Positions 1 to 12,809 of a stretch of DNA of 64,000 nucleotides are shown here, in pieces; within the stretch, counting starts at the first letter, position 1, and every line of letters starts with the position of its first letter. Location: NCBI GenBank assembly GCA_964016885.1, contig OZ024741.1:344596001-344660000 (forward strand), read 5' to 3'. Source of the stretch: Eledone cirrhosa (lineage: Eukaryota). The notes under the pieces are model-generated. The model did no database searches, was not told the origin of the DNA, and saw only the letters and a list, made by a program, of their open reading frames with translations. The translations under genes and the position numbers were made by a program.

Positions 1-113
1 TGACAACAACAACAATAGTGACAACAACAACAACAGTAACAACAACAACAACAACAGTGACAACTATAACAACAGTAACAACAACAACAACAGTAACAAC
101 TATAACAACCACC
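1..113. repeat. (ACA)n degenerate microsatellite
   Basis: acaacaacaac... with point variants. Confidence 0.9.
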
Positions 114-270
114 ACCTTTCAAAAAAATCTCTCATTGATCATCTGAACATTAATCAAGGTAAACATCAACCACATACTAATTAGAAATGAGTCACACCTG
201 AAAAATCCCAGCATCTACTTCTCTAGATTCCACCTGCTGGAGCTGGAATCATGGATGTTAGAAATATCTG

Positions 271-990
271 TATGTGTTTATGTGTGTGTGTTTATGTATG
301 TGTGTGTGTATGTGTATTTATGTGTGTTTGTAGTTGTATGTGTGCATATCTTTATGTGTGAGAGTGTATGTGTATTTATGTGTGTTTGTAGTTGTATGTG
401 TGCATATGTTTATGTGTGAGAGTGTATGTGTATTTATGTGTTTGTAGTTGTATGTGTGCATATGTTTATGTGTGAGAGTGTATGTGTATTTATGTGTGTT
501 TGTAGTTGTATGTGTGCATGTTTGTGTGTGAGTGTATGTGTATTTATGTGTGGTTGTAGTTGTGTGTGTGTGTTTGTGTATGTGTTTGTATGTATGAATG
601 TGTATGTGTGTGTATTTGTGTGTTTGTAGTTGTATGTGTGTTTGTGTATGTGTGTATTTGTGTTTGTAGTTGTATGTGTGCATGTATTTATGTGTGTTTG
701 TGTGTGTGTGTGTGTTTGTGTGTGTATATATGAATGTGTGTGTGTGTGTTTGTAGTTGTATGTGCGTGTGTGTTTGTGTGTTTATATGTATGTGTGAGTA
801 TATGTGTTTGTAGTTGTATGTGTGCATGTGTTAGTGTTTATATGTGTATTTGTGTGTTTGTATGTGTTAGTGTGATTATATGTGTATATGTGCATGTATG
901 AGTGTTTGTGTGTGTGTCTGTGTATATGTGTGTGTTTGTGTGTGTCTGTTTATGTGCATATGTGTTTGTGTTTTTATGTGTGTTTGTTAG
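271..990. repeat. Degenerate (TG/TA)n compound microsatellite
   Basis: tgtgtgtatgtgtttgtagttgtatgtg units. Confidence 0.9.
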
Positions 991-1039
991 TGGCGGTGGG
1001 GGGGGGGGGGTACCTGGCATTGAGGTCTTATTATCATTA

Positions 1040-1655
1040 ACAAACCAGTTGTCATAATCATCATTGTCCTCATAGTCCTCATTATCGTCAGCACCACCAA
1101 CACCACCACCATCATCACCACCACCACCACCACCATCACTACCACCACCACCACCATCACCACTGTTGGCACCACCACCAACACCACCACCATCATCACC
1201 ACCACCACCACCATCACTACCACCACCATCACTACCACCACCATCACCACTGTTGGCACCACCACCAACGCCACCACCATCACCACTACCATCACCACTG
1301 TTGTCACCACCACTACCACCACCACCATCAGCACCATCATCACCACTGTTGTCACCACCAACACCACCATCACCACTGTCACCACCACCACCTCCATCAT
1401 CATCATTGCCATCATCATCATTGTTGTGATCATTATCATCATCATTATCAGTATCATCATCACCATCATCATAATTATCACCTTCATTATTGCTCTTGTT
1501 CTCATCATTACTATTGTCATCATCATTATCAGCAATTAGTAATATCATATGTGCCAGAAAGCCAGAAAAGAAGCAGCATCCTCATCACTATCATATTTAC
1601 CATCATCGTCATCATTATCATCATTATAATTTTAATCATCACCATCATCACTATA
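1040..1655. repeat. (CAC/CAT)n trinucleotide low-complexity tract
   Basis: caccaccat/catcat runs; the minus strand reads as a D/G/N-rich ORF. Confidence 0.85.
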
Positions 1656-1663
1656 ACTGAGCG

Positions 1664-3169
1664 AAAAAGTGGCTTTTCTACATGTTTGACTAGCTAAAAA
1701 CAACAGCAAGTGACTTGTACATGTTTGACTAGCTAAAAACAACAGCAAGTGACTTGTATACATGTTTGACTAGCTAAAAAACACCAGCAAGTGGCTTTTC
1801 TACATGTTTGACTAGCTAAAAACAACAGCAAGTGACTTGTATACATGTTTGACTAGCTAAAAAACACCAGCAAGTGGCTTTTCTACATGTTTGACTAGCT
1901 AAAAAACACCAGCAAGTGGCTTTTCTACATGTTTGACTAGCTAAAAAACAACAGCAAGTGGCTTTTCTACATGTTTGACTAGCTAAAAAAGAACAGCAAG
2001 TGGCTTGTATACATGTTTGACTAGCTAAAAAACAACAGCAAGTGGCTTTTCTACATGTTGACTAGCTAAAAAACAACAGCAAGTGGCTTTTCTACATGTT
2101 TGACTAGCTAAAAAACAACAGCAAGTGGCTTGTATACATGTTTGACTAGCTAAAAAACAACAGCAAGTGACTTGTATACATGTTTGACTAGCTAAAAACA
2201 ACAGCAAGTGACTTGTATACATGTTTGACTAGCTAAAAAACAACAGCAAGTGACTTGTATACATGTTTGACTAGCTAAAAAACAACAGCAAGTGGCTTTT
2301 CTACATGTTTGACTAGCTAAAAAACAACAGCAAGTGACTTGTATACATGTTTGACTAGCTAAAAAACAAGAGCAAGTAGCTTTTCTACATGTTTGACTAG
2401 CTAAAAAACAACAGCAAGTGAGTTGTATACATGTTTGACTAGCTAAAAAACAACAGCAAGTGACTTGTATACATGTTTGACTAGCTAAAAAACAACAGCA
2501 AGTGGCTTTTCTACATGTTTGACTAGCTAAAAAACAACAGCAAGTGACTTGTATACATGTTTGACTAGCTAAAAAACAATAGCAAGTGACTTGTATACAT
2601 GTTTGACTAGCTAAAAGCAACAACAAGTGACTTGTATACATGTTTGACTAGCTAAAAAACAACAGCAAGTGGCTTGTATACATGTTTGACTAGCTAAAAA
2701 CAACAGCAAGTGGCTTGTATACATGTTTGACTAGCTAAAAAACAACAGCAAGTGGCTTGTATACATGTTTGACTAGCTAAAAAACAATAGCAAGTGACTT
2801 GTATACATGTTTGACTAGCTAAAAACAACAGCAGGTGGTTTGTATACATGTTTGACTAGCTAAAAAACAACAGCAAGTGGCTTGTATACATGTTTGACTA
2901 GCTAAAAAACAACAGCAAGTGGCTTGTACCTGTTTGACTAGCTAACAAACAAGAGCAAGTGGCTTTTCTACATGTTTGACGAGCTAAAAAACAACAGCAA
3001 GTGGCTTGTATACATGTTTGACTAGCTAAAAAACAACAGCAAGTGGCTTGTATACATGTTTGACTAGCTAAAAAACAACAGCAAGGGCTTGTATACATGT
3101 TTGACTAGCTAAAAAACAACAGCAAGTGGCTTTTCTACACATTTGACTAGCTAAAAACAACAGCAAGTG
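1664..3169. repeat. 42-bp minisatellite, about 36 copies
   Basis: Unit CTAGCTAAAAAACAACAGCAAGTGGCTTGTATACATGTTTGA with two main variants (GGCTTTTCTAC / GACTTGTATAC) and A-tract length variation. Confidence 0.95.
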
Positions 3170-3290
3170 TCCCTCAGATTTCATAACACCAGACTGGAGA
3201 GAAATGAAGCAGCCATGCTTCATTGGATGTGCAATGTAAATGTGAAAGAAAAGCAAAACTTTGATGAACTGAGCGAGGAGCTGGTTTTAA

Positions 3291-3668
3291 CTCTTTAACA
3301 TTTAAACTAGCTGTATCCAGTCAGAATTCTCTTATCTCTTTCTGTTCAAACCAGCCATAACCGGTCGCTTATTAAGGTATTGTTCTCAAAATACCGTATT
3401 TCCCGGCGCCAAAGACACTTCATCCTCGAGGACACACCCTAATTTTGACAAAAATTTGAAAAACAATAATAAACAACCTTCGGCCTCCAGGACGCATGGT
3501 AGATTTTGAGACTTATTTTAGGAAAAAAGTAGCATCTTCGATGCCGGGAAATATGGTAAATAATATCAAGATCTCATAGATTCGATATTCTGTGAGATAA
3601 TTATCTGAGGTGAAGCCTTTACTGTGAAAATACAATAGTATATATAGGGTAATGTGAATGCTAAAGGG
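3291..3668. mobile_element. piggyBac-like MITE with TTAA target duplication
   Basis: TTAA(3287-3290) CTCTTTAACATT ... AATGCTAAAGGG TTAA(3669-3672); related copies near 18275-18392, 21440-21605, 21810-21975, 35739-35870. Confidence 0.8.
3394..3556. mobile_element. Tc2/pogo-like MITE with TA duplication, nested in the piggyBac-like MITE
   Basis: TA CCGTATTTCCCGGC ... GCCGGGAAATATGG TA; the uninterrupted host copy near 21860 shows a single TA at this site. Confidence 0.8.
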
Positions 3669-4413
3669 TTAAGAGGAATCTGAGGTGGTGTGCAGGAGAG
3701 AAGACTGTGTTAGTATGGACAATGGGTGAAGAAATGTCAGGAAATTCCAATGGAAGGAAGCCGCAGTAGAAATAACCCGAGAAAGACCTGGGAAGAGGTG
3801 GTAAGAGCTGATTTCAAATCGCTGAGACTCACAGAAGCGATGACGAAGAAATGTGGCAAGTGAAGAGATGCCTTGCTGAGAAAGACCTGTCCTACTCATG
3901 TGAGCGTAGAAACAATGATGATGATGGTGGTGGTGGCAGCGAGAAGGAGGAGGAGGACACTTTGGATGATGATGGTGGCGGTGGCAGCGAGGGGGAGGAG
4001 GAGGACACTTTGGATGATGGAGTTCTAGATTACCAATTCTAAGCTTTTTACTTGTTTCAGTCTGTAGACTGCAGCTATACTTTATTTTTGGAATTTAGAT
4101 ATTCTTTATGATGGCTAAGTGGTGAGTCATGTTATCCTACATGATGATCAGACAAGACTAAAGTTTCAATAACGAAGTCAATAAAATAGGTGAAGACATT
4201 GAAGGAGGGGGATGGGGTGGATGTGTTTTTGAATAAGGTATTGTGTATAGGGTAACAAATTTTCAATTTAAGATGTTTTTAATGCATATCAAATGTTACA
4301 TATGTTTCACAAATGTTTGGTTCAGGGTCCTTATCAATGTGATTGACTTGACTCCAGTATCAATCTGCTCATCAGATGTGTAGATTCAAATCAAAATATT
4401 TCCACCTCTGGAA

Positions 4414-4453
<40 letters not shown>

Positions 4454-4549
4454 CCAAGGTCATGATAAATCCTCTACTTCCATTAATATATATATATACA
4501 TACATATACACATGTTATGATTCTTTAGTGTTAGTATATATATATATAT

Positions 4550-7500
4550 ATATGAATGTATATATAGTGTATTTGGTAATACACTGTATGCTTAATTAAA
4601 AGCATTTTCAAGACCTTACACTATTGTTTTAAAGTAGTGACTATATCACTTAATTCTTTTTTCAACAAAGGGAGATAAGCTGATTATATTGATTATACTT
4701 TGATTATACTGATTATACTTTGTGTTGAAAAAAGAAGTGACATAGTCACTACTTTAAAACTCATAGCGAATGGTCTTCAAAATGATTTTGATTAAGCATA
4801 CAGTGTATATACCAAATACACTATATATACAGTGTATATACCAAATACACTATATATACATTCATATATACATCACTATTTCAGAGCACCAATTCTAATT
4901 TTCAATTTTTGCTGGACTGGCAACTGCTCAGTTCCTGATTATTACTGGAATTCTATAAGAATCCAACATTCATAATTTTTCAACAGACAAGGGGAGTGCT
5001 AAGCTCTGTGGAATACCAACAGTATGAAACAGAGATCTGTCAGCTTATCTCCCTTTGTTTGTTGAAAAAAGAAGTGACATAGTCACTACTTTAAAACAAT
5101 AGCGTAAGGTCTTCAAAATGCTTTTAATTAAGCATACAGTGTATTACCAAATATACTATATATACATTCATATACCAGATAGAAAAATGCGTACAGCAAA
5201 AAAAAGTAATATTGTTGGAATATAAACCTTTAAAAATACAGGACAAGAAACTAAAATAAAACTTTAAAAGAATAGGACAAGAAACTAAGATAAAACTTTA
5301 AAAGAATAGGACAAGAAACTAAGATAAAACTTTAAAGAATTGGACAAGAAATAAAAAATTTTACAATAATATTAGAGGCAAAATTTTTATTGGTAAAAAA
5401 TCGAGTTCCACATTCATAGGGTTCCACATTCAGAGGTCGTCGTCAGACCGGGGGATCATTTGATCCTGGTTTGAACACCAATTAGGCCATAACCATAGCC
5501 CTATTTCATCATTCGGCGACACGCCTCATGTGTCATGCATAATGTGAATGGACCCATGGGCCCATGAGCACAGATCTTGAGCAGCAGCAGACGGTCTTGT
5601 CGTCCCGCTCATCCTTGATCTTGACCAACCCGTCCATATTCTCCTTGCATCTTGTCCTTGAGTTCAAGTCCGGCAGTCCAGATGAATGCGTGCCACAGCT
5701 TTCTGGTACAGGAAGGGGGAGCAGGAGGACTGGAGGGATGACGGGACGTGACTTCATCAGTTATCTCCACGATTATCTCAGACACCCAATGCCATTGATG
5801 AGAGGTGATCCAATGTGTGAGTATGTAACTAATCTTATAGAAGTTGTTATCGACCACCTGGCTTTTAGTGACATTTGACTGATTTGACTGATAATGATGT
5901 ATTTTTAAAAAGTATGTGTACATTCTTGTTACTATTTTAAGGCAATGCAAGCAACAACTATTTAATAAAATTTAAATTTAAAAATGACCATTGTGCATTA
6001 CTAGTATGATGACATTTTATTAAGTCACAAAATTAGTCAGTCAGCCATAGAACAAGGATCAGGTGGCAAAAACATTGGCAAAAATTTGTGTCAATTTAAG
6101 ATTTCCAACATTGTTCAAATGAATCATATCTGGTTTGAAGTCAGATTTGTCAAATTTTGACCAATTTTCAATGTTGTGAAGATTGGGCAAGTTCAATTTT
6201 TGAATCATTTCTTTCATGCAGTAATTAAACTTTTCCAAACGAGAATTTCTCTTGCCCAAGTCATTTTTATTTTCAATTACACTTTGTGGACGTGGAATGA
6301 CACCACTGTAGAAAATGGGTGTACAGTGGTGCTTTTCCGCTATTTTCTGTAGCCTTGCAAAGAGACCCCTGTTTTTCCGGTTTTGTGCCTCGAATGGGCA
6401 CTTTGTCCTTAATTTACAAATAAATGATTAATAAAAAATACTTGGGCAAAAATTATTGTATTACTTTGCACAGCTTTGTAGTGCCAACGGTGCGACGAGG
6501 ATTCAGATCATTAGAGCCGACATGAACCACCAATACTTTCACAAAAGGACAACAGATAACAATGTTGGCGATTAACATTACCTGGCCCTGACGGGCCCCA
6601 GGTATACAAAATATCTAAGTATTTTTGTTGGTATGATAAGTAAATACATTTGAATTAATATTTTTATACCTTCTGGTCATTCGATTTCGCCACATTTCTA
6701 ATTATGGATTTGTAAAAACTGGCATGAATGTGAATTTGATCAGTCCAATTGCCCGATTTTAGTGAAAAGTTTTGATTCGAAATGGAAATACTCCATTTCC
6801 GTGCCATGGAAGAAATGAATAAGCCGATCAAAAAGCCGCGAAACATCATTTTTAATTAAGCGAAATTAGTGGATGCAAATCTCAGAAAATATTGTACACT
6901 ATTCGCACCTATCGCACTATTCGCACCTATCGGTACAAAAATATAGCGCACTATTCGCACCTATCGGTACAAAAATATAGCGCACTATTCGCACCTATTG
7001 GTACAAAAATATAGCGCACTATTCGCACCTATCAGTACAAAAAATCGCACGACTGTTAATAATACTAGAAGTGCAAACTATCTGTTGAATACCTGGTATA
7101 TGAAGAGCAACCGATACGATCGGTCGGCGATTGGTCTTGAAGAAGAATGAAGAATGAAGTGAAATTTTGGTCTGGTTGTTGTCATCGGTGTTTCGCAGAG
7201 ATGCTGGCACGAACAAAGGTGTCAGTGACACAAAGTTGTCCGCTTGAACAAAGCCATCGATGCGATTAAAAAAAATTTAACTCACATGTTTACCTATATT
7301 TTCGTAAACTATTGATAGATTGGTACAAAAAATAGCTTTGATAATAAACATAAATTTTTAACGAAGTATTTAAAAAGCATTTTAGCAGTGAAAAGTGAAG
7401 TAATGTTTCACACTGACGCAAGTAGGGCCGTTCAGAAATGATGTAGTCAATTAGGAGGAGGGGATTCGGCGATTTGACTACATTTGACTAACGTAATCAC

Positions 7501-7829
7501 AATCACAAGAGTTACGCCGAAAAAAATTCGTCATTTCTGGATTACCTCCCCTAGCGTCACGCTTACTACTCACTCACTTGAACACAAGATTTATCAGCAA
7601 ACTTTGATTATAAACTTTTTCCCGCTGGACCAAATTTCTAGATTTTTAAGCCAAAAGATGCGTAATGATGTACTGTTCATGCTCATATAAGTTTTATCTC
7701 AGTTAAATAAAGTAGAGCCGTGCTGTACTGTCGTAAACAGACGATTGCCAACGAAAACACGACAACAACAATATTACTAAACGGACTACCGTCCGTTTAG
7801 GATACATCACTATTTCAGAGCACTAATTC

Positions 7830-7833
<4 letters not shown>
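4550..7833 (-). mobile_element. Unclassified ~3.3 kb element with split direct and inverted terminal repeats carrying an SGNH esterase gene (possibly Ngaro/Crypton/DIRS-type or Penelope-related)
   Basis: Repeat A (CATCACTATTTCAGAGCAC.AATTCTAATT) at 4871 and 7805; repeat B (~130 bp) at ~4720-4870, ~5041-5175 and inverted at ~4550-4682; 10-bp hairpin 7777-7800; internal 33-bp (5238-5350) and 34-bp (6900-7045) tandems. Confidence 0.6.
6059..6807 (-). CDS. SGNH/GDSL-family hydrolase (esterase), 3 exons: 6807-6670, 6614-6465, 6400-6059; about 209 aa
   Basis: Four SGNH blocks in order across three frames joined by GT..AG introns (55 nt, ~64 nt): KSIIRNV / IFCIPGAR / VVHVGSNDL / FYSGVIPRP ... DMIHLNNVG. 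The second acceptor and the start codon are uncertain. Confidence 0.72.
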
Positions 7834-7880
<47 letters not shown>

Positions 7881-8082
7881 TGTTTTCAAGTCCAGCAGCC
7901 ACAAACGGCGGCAGGGATCGTCCTGACAATGGCTAGTCAAGCCTGAAATGCATAGACGGTTGTCTCCCTTGCTTCTGCTGGACACCGCCAGAGGGCGTTA
8001 GACCCCCCCCCCCCCGCTGCAGTGGTTGCATAGCTACGGCTTCCTAAGACTGTATTTCTTTAGGAATACGAAATTTCTATAC

Positions 8083-8143
<61 letters not shown>

Positions 8144-8410
8144 GTATTTCCGTAGGAAGGGGAAAGGAGAGTGCTCTATGTATGCTTTACCCTTCCTACG
8201 GAAATACTTCATATAAACAGATCTCACCAGGAATGATCGAAGCAAATTCTACATCTTACGTATGTGATTGGCATCTTCCAACCCGACAAGTTGAGCACTC
8301 TACAATTATAGGAAATTAACCAACATATACTATAATATATATATTAGTGAATTTCTGACCGATAAGGTATGATTTTCGTGGGTACCTCTTTATTTATAAA
8401 ACAAACTTTG

Positions 8411-8475
8411 TATTTTATCTGATGAAAGTGCACCAAGGTTTTCTTGGTTTGCCTTGAAATATATATAATAAAATA
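8411..8475 (+). ncRNA. Type I hammerhead ribozyme (Penelope-type, family H1)
   Basis: TATTTTAT-CTGATGA-stem II-GAAA-TATATA-TA-ATAAAATA; 8-bp stem I; palindromic stem III; element spans about 8345-8520. Confidence 0.85.
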
Positions 8476-8694
8476 TATATGGTTTTATAAATATAGTTTC
8501 CATTTATTTAATATCATGGTATATATATATATGTATATGTATGCATATATATATATATATATATATTTGTGTATGTATGTATATATATATACACATACAT
8601 ATATATATATACATACATATACATACATATATATACATATATATATACATATATATACATACATATATATATATATATATACATACATATATAT

Positions 8695-8726
<32 letters not shown>

Positions 8727-8781
8727 CATTTGCTTTATTTGTCTACTCTTTACACACACACACACCACACACCACACACAC

Positions 8782-8829
<48 letters not shown>

Positions 8830-9373
8830 AAAATGTATATATACATAATAGATAAAATACAATAAAGCACATTAAAAAAAGACATTTTTCAAATTTCAAT
8901 TCCATACCAACCATAAACAGCATGCCAATTATTTTCACTGCCGGTGAATTTCCTGTTTCATTAGCCAGAAGGGCAACTCCCAGGATAATATCTGTTTAAG
9001 GTGTGTTTCATAGAAATGCAGGTCACAGCACCACATGAACTGTAGAGATGCATTTCATAAAATCTCATTGCTAGAACCAAGTTTCCTACTTTTTTTTCAT
9101 TAATAATACTGTACACATAATGCTGTACACAACACACACATCAACGTATGCATACAAACACAACAAGCACATAGAGCTGTGCATGCATACTCACACACAT
9201 ATACACACACAAAGGTGTGCAGGCATACTTACACACACTTACACTCACTCACTCACACACACATAGACACATACTCAAACACACTCACCCACACACACTT
9301 ACACTCACCCACACACACACTTACTCACCAACACACACACTCACCCACACATACTCAAACACACACGCCTACA

Positions 9374-9440
<67 letters not shown>
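8460..9440. repeat. (TA)n and (CA)n microsatellite tracts with short unique spacers
   Basis: Direct reading. Confidence 0.85.
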
Positions 9441-9441
<1 letters not shown>

Positions 9442-10221
9442 TGCCACTACTATACATATAAATATTCAGATATACTTGTGTGTATCTATAACATTTGATC
9501 ATTAAAATATGTAAATATCAGAAAAGTCATTCTTATAATTTCTCAAATATATTTCCCTGTTCCAAGGATTCCTCTCTATGTATGTATGTATGTGTATGTG
9601 TGTGTGCCTTCACCCATACACCTTTTCCATTGAAACCAGCCACATGTTCATGTCTTCTGGTGGTTGCCATGGTCATATTACACCAATCTGTGATGCCCTC
9701 CTGTCATCATCTTGCCCTGTGACCCCTGCTTATCCTTTGCTTTGCTATCAAATTCATAGGTTGTCTTTCTTCGAGTGACAATATCTCCACCTGATGGCCA
9801 GCCATCCTCCTTTCTCCATTGGCCTAAGTAAAAAAGAGCTGATCAAAATATTAAGAAAAATTGAGAAGAAGCTCAAGAAATGGGTAGGTTAGCTGAATCA
9901 TTAGAATATCAGTATTTGTTTCATTTCTTTTAACTTCTGAGTTCAAATCGCACCAGTGTCAACCTTGCTGCAATTTCCCTAGTGTCAATCAAATAACATG
10001 CCAGTCAAGTACTAGTGTCAACTTAATTGACTATTAGTCTGTGTAAACATGTAATATACTAGCATGGTAGAGAAGAGTCACAAATCACCTCTTAACCACA
10101 GGGCTCTAATGACTGATGAAGTGATAGACTGGTTGTTTAAGTTAACTGTCATACATTAATATTATCTATTTATAACACTGCCATGTGTTACTAATGACAA
10201 CAACAATACCAGCACACATAC

Positions 10222-10266
<45 letters not shown>

Positions 10267-10549
10267 GATGCACAGATGTCTTATCATTCACTCACTTACA
10301 CACACAGATACATTATCATTCATATACACACTCCTTTTAGAAGTGAACCCATGCAAAGGAAATAGAAGATCAAGTGCAATTGAAAAGAATCACAAATTGA
10401 ATTGAGACATACAAGAAAAATTGAGAAAATGAAGAAGATCTCTGAAGAAAATTAAGTTACAGAGCAGAAGCTCAAAAAATTAAGATCAAGAAGAATTAAG
10501 ATCAAAACAAAGGAAGGGTTGATGAAAAAGAAAAGTGTAAAAGGAACAG

Positions 10550-11660
10550 AATTAACCAGCCAACCAACCAGCCAGCCAGTGAATTAACCATGCAATCACC
10601 TAACTATCCAACCAATCAACCAACCAGCCACACCAACAGCTAATCACCTGACCAACTACCTAACCAATCAGCCACCTAAGGAAGCAATCAACCACTCTAC
10701 CAACCAACAACCCAAACAATTAACCAACTACCAACTAACCATTCAACCAGCCAACTAATCAACCATCCAACTAACCAACCAACCAAATAGCCACCCAATC
10801 AATTAACCAATCAGGCAACCAACCAGCCAACCAAGTTAATCATCCAGCTAACCAATCAACCAACCAATAAACTAATTAACCAACCAACCAACTACATAAC
10901 CAATCAACAAGCTGTCTACCTAGCCAACAAGCTAACCACCTAGCCAACTAACCAACCAACAAGCTAACCACCTAGCCAACCAACCAACAAGCTAACCACA
11001 TAGCCAACCAACCAACAAGCTAGCCACCTAGCCAACTGACTAACCAACCAACCAACTAACCAACCAACAAGTTAACACCTAGTCAACCAACCAACTAACC
11101 AACCAACAAGCTAACCAACTAACCAACCAACAAGCTAACCACCTAGCCAACCAACTAACCACCTAGCCAATCAAACAACCAACTAAGCAAGTCAACCAAT
11201 CAACACACCAAACAACCAACCAAGTCAACCAAACAGCTAACCAATCAACCAACCAAGCAACCACCCACCAAATCAATGAAATACGCAACCAGCCATCCGA
11301 CTAACCATCACACCAAACAACCACATACTAACCAACCAATCGACCACCTAACCATTCAATACACCAACCAACCAACCAGCTAACCAAACAACCAACTAAC
11401 CAACTAGCCAACCAACCAGCTAACCAACCAACCAGCTAACCAAACAACCAACCAACTAGCCAACCAACCAACTAGCCAACAAACCAATTAGCCAACTAAC
11501 CAGCCAAGCAACCAACCAGCCAGCCAACTAGCCTACTAACCAACCAGCTAACCAAACAACCAACCAACTAGCCAGCTAGCCAACTACTAACCAACCAGCT
11601 AACCAAACAACCAACTAGCCAACCAACCAAACAAACAACCAACCAACTAACGAAGTCAAC
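10550..11660. repeat. Degenerate (AACC)n tetranucleotide tract
   Basis: aaccaaccaactaaccagcc... Confidence 0.9.
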
Positions 11661-11847
11661 TAAATTAACGAACATGAAGAAGCGGAACAGTTCTGTATCA
11701 GCTTCAATTGTAACAAATTGTTAACAGAAAGAGGGAGAGAGAAAGAGACAGAGAGAGGGAGGGAGGAGGAGTGAAGGGATGGAATGTAGGTGGGGGTGCA
11801 GGGAAGAAGGAAGGAAAGAAAGAAAGAAAGAAATATGGTGTAACAAG

Positions 11848-11893
11848 ATGGAGGCAGCTGGAAGCGATCTCACAGCTGAAAATCGAATTAAAG
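11848..11893 (+). CDS. Candidate first coding exon (MEAAGSDLTAENRIK), unknown host gene
   Basis: AACAAG-ATG-G start context; ends in phase 1 at a weak AAG|GTTATT donor; phase matches the exon at 18959. Confidence 0.3.
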
Positions 11894-11984
11894 GTTATTT
11901 TATCACATTATACTGAAAAAGCTAGCTTGTAGGTCAAATGATTATGACATCAGAGTGGGAGGGAGGGAGGGAGAGAGAGAGAGA

Positions 11985-12086
11985 AGGGGAGAAAGGTGGT
12001 AGCAGAGAGTAGAAAAGAGATAGATAGATACAGAGAGAGAGAGAGAAAGGGGGCGGGAGAAAGGTGGTATTAGAGAATAGAATAAG

Positions 12087-12125
<39 letters not shown>

Positions 12126-12470
12126 CGAGAGAGAGAATGAAAGGGGAGCAGATAGAAAAAGTGAGAGAAATAATTGTTTCTACTTTTGGCACAAGGCCAG
12201 CAAATACCCCAGTGCATTACTGGTGCTTTATTTTATCAACCCCGTAAGGATGAAAGCCTAACTTTGCCTTTCATCCTTACGGGGTTGATAAAATAAAGCA
12301 CCAGTAATGCACTGAGGTAATTGCTGGCCTTGTGCCAAAAGTAGAAACAATTATTTCTCTCACTTTTTTTATCTGCTCTTCTCTCTCTCTTTCTCTCACT
12401 CTACTTTTCTCTCTCTCTCTCTCTGTCCGTCTGTCTGTCTCTTATCTATTCTCTGCTACCACCTTTCTCT
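11985..12470. repeat. Imperfect inverted duplication centred on a SINE 3' half
   Basis: 12156-12256 mirrors 12266-12367 almost perfectly; flanks GAAAGGTGGTAGCAGAGA / TCTCTGCTACCACCTTTC also mirror. Confidence 0.8.
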
Positions 12471-12809
12471 CTCACTGTATATGTGTGTGTATGTTAAGAT
12501 ATAATGAGACTGTGTCTGTGTGTGTGTGTTATAGAAAGAGAAAGAGTGAATATGTGTGCCAGAGAGACAGACAGACAGTCAATCAAAGAACTAGTGGTGT
12601 TCTGATGAAGATGATTGTGAATGTGATGGTACTGATGATGAATATAGTGGTACTGATCCTGTTGGTAGTGATAATTGGTATTATGGTGGTGGTGCTGGTG
12701 GTAGTAATGGTCATGGTGCTAATAGAAAATCTTAATGATGGTGGTGACACCTGTACCACATGTAACCATATTAACAAGACATCCTGGAAAATTGCAAGAC
12801 AGCATTATA

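Larger units (their letters stand above)
3190..3930 (+). mobile_element. RTE LINE 3' fragment, split by a MITE insertion
   Basis: RLERNEAAMLHWMCNVNV..., resumes after 3672 with VQERRL, PRKTWEEVVRADF and a GAT tail; homologous to the RTE at 50171-53239. Confidence 0.85.

Noticed and set aside
1664-3169. CRISPR-like regular array or Cys-rich repeat protein
   Set aside because: Units abut with no unique spacers, eukaryotic context, no cas genes; reading frame repeatedly broken by A-tract slips
9610-9823. Possible minus-strand exon (QWRKEDGWPSGGDIVTRRK...)
   Set aside because: Acceptor is plausible but all frames hit stops before a good donor, and there is no recognisable homology
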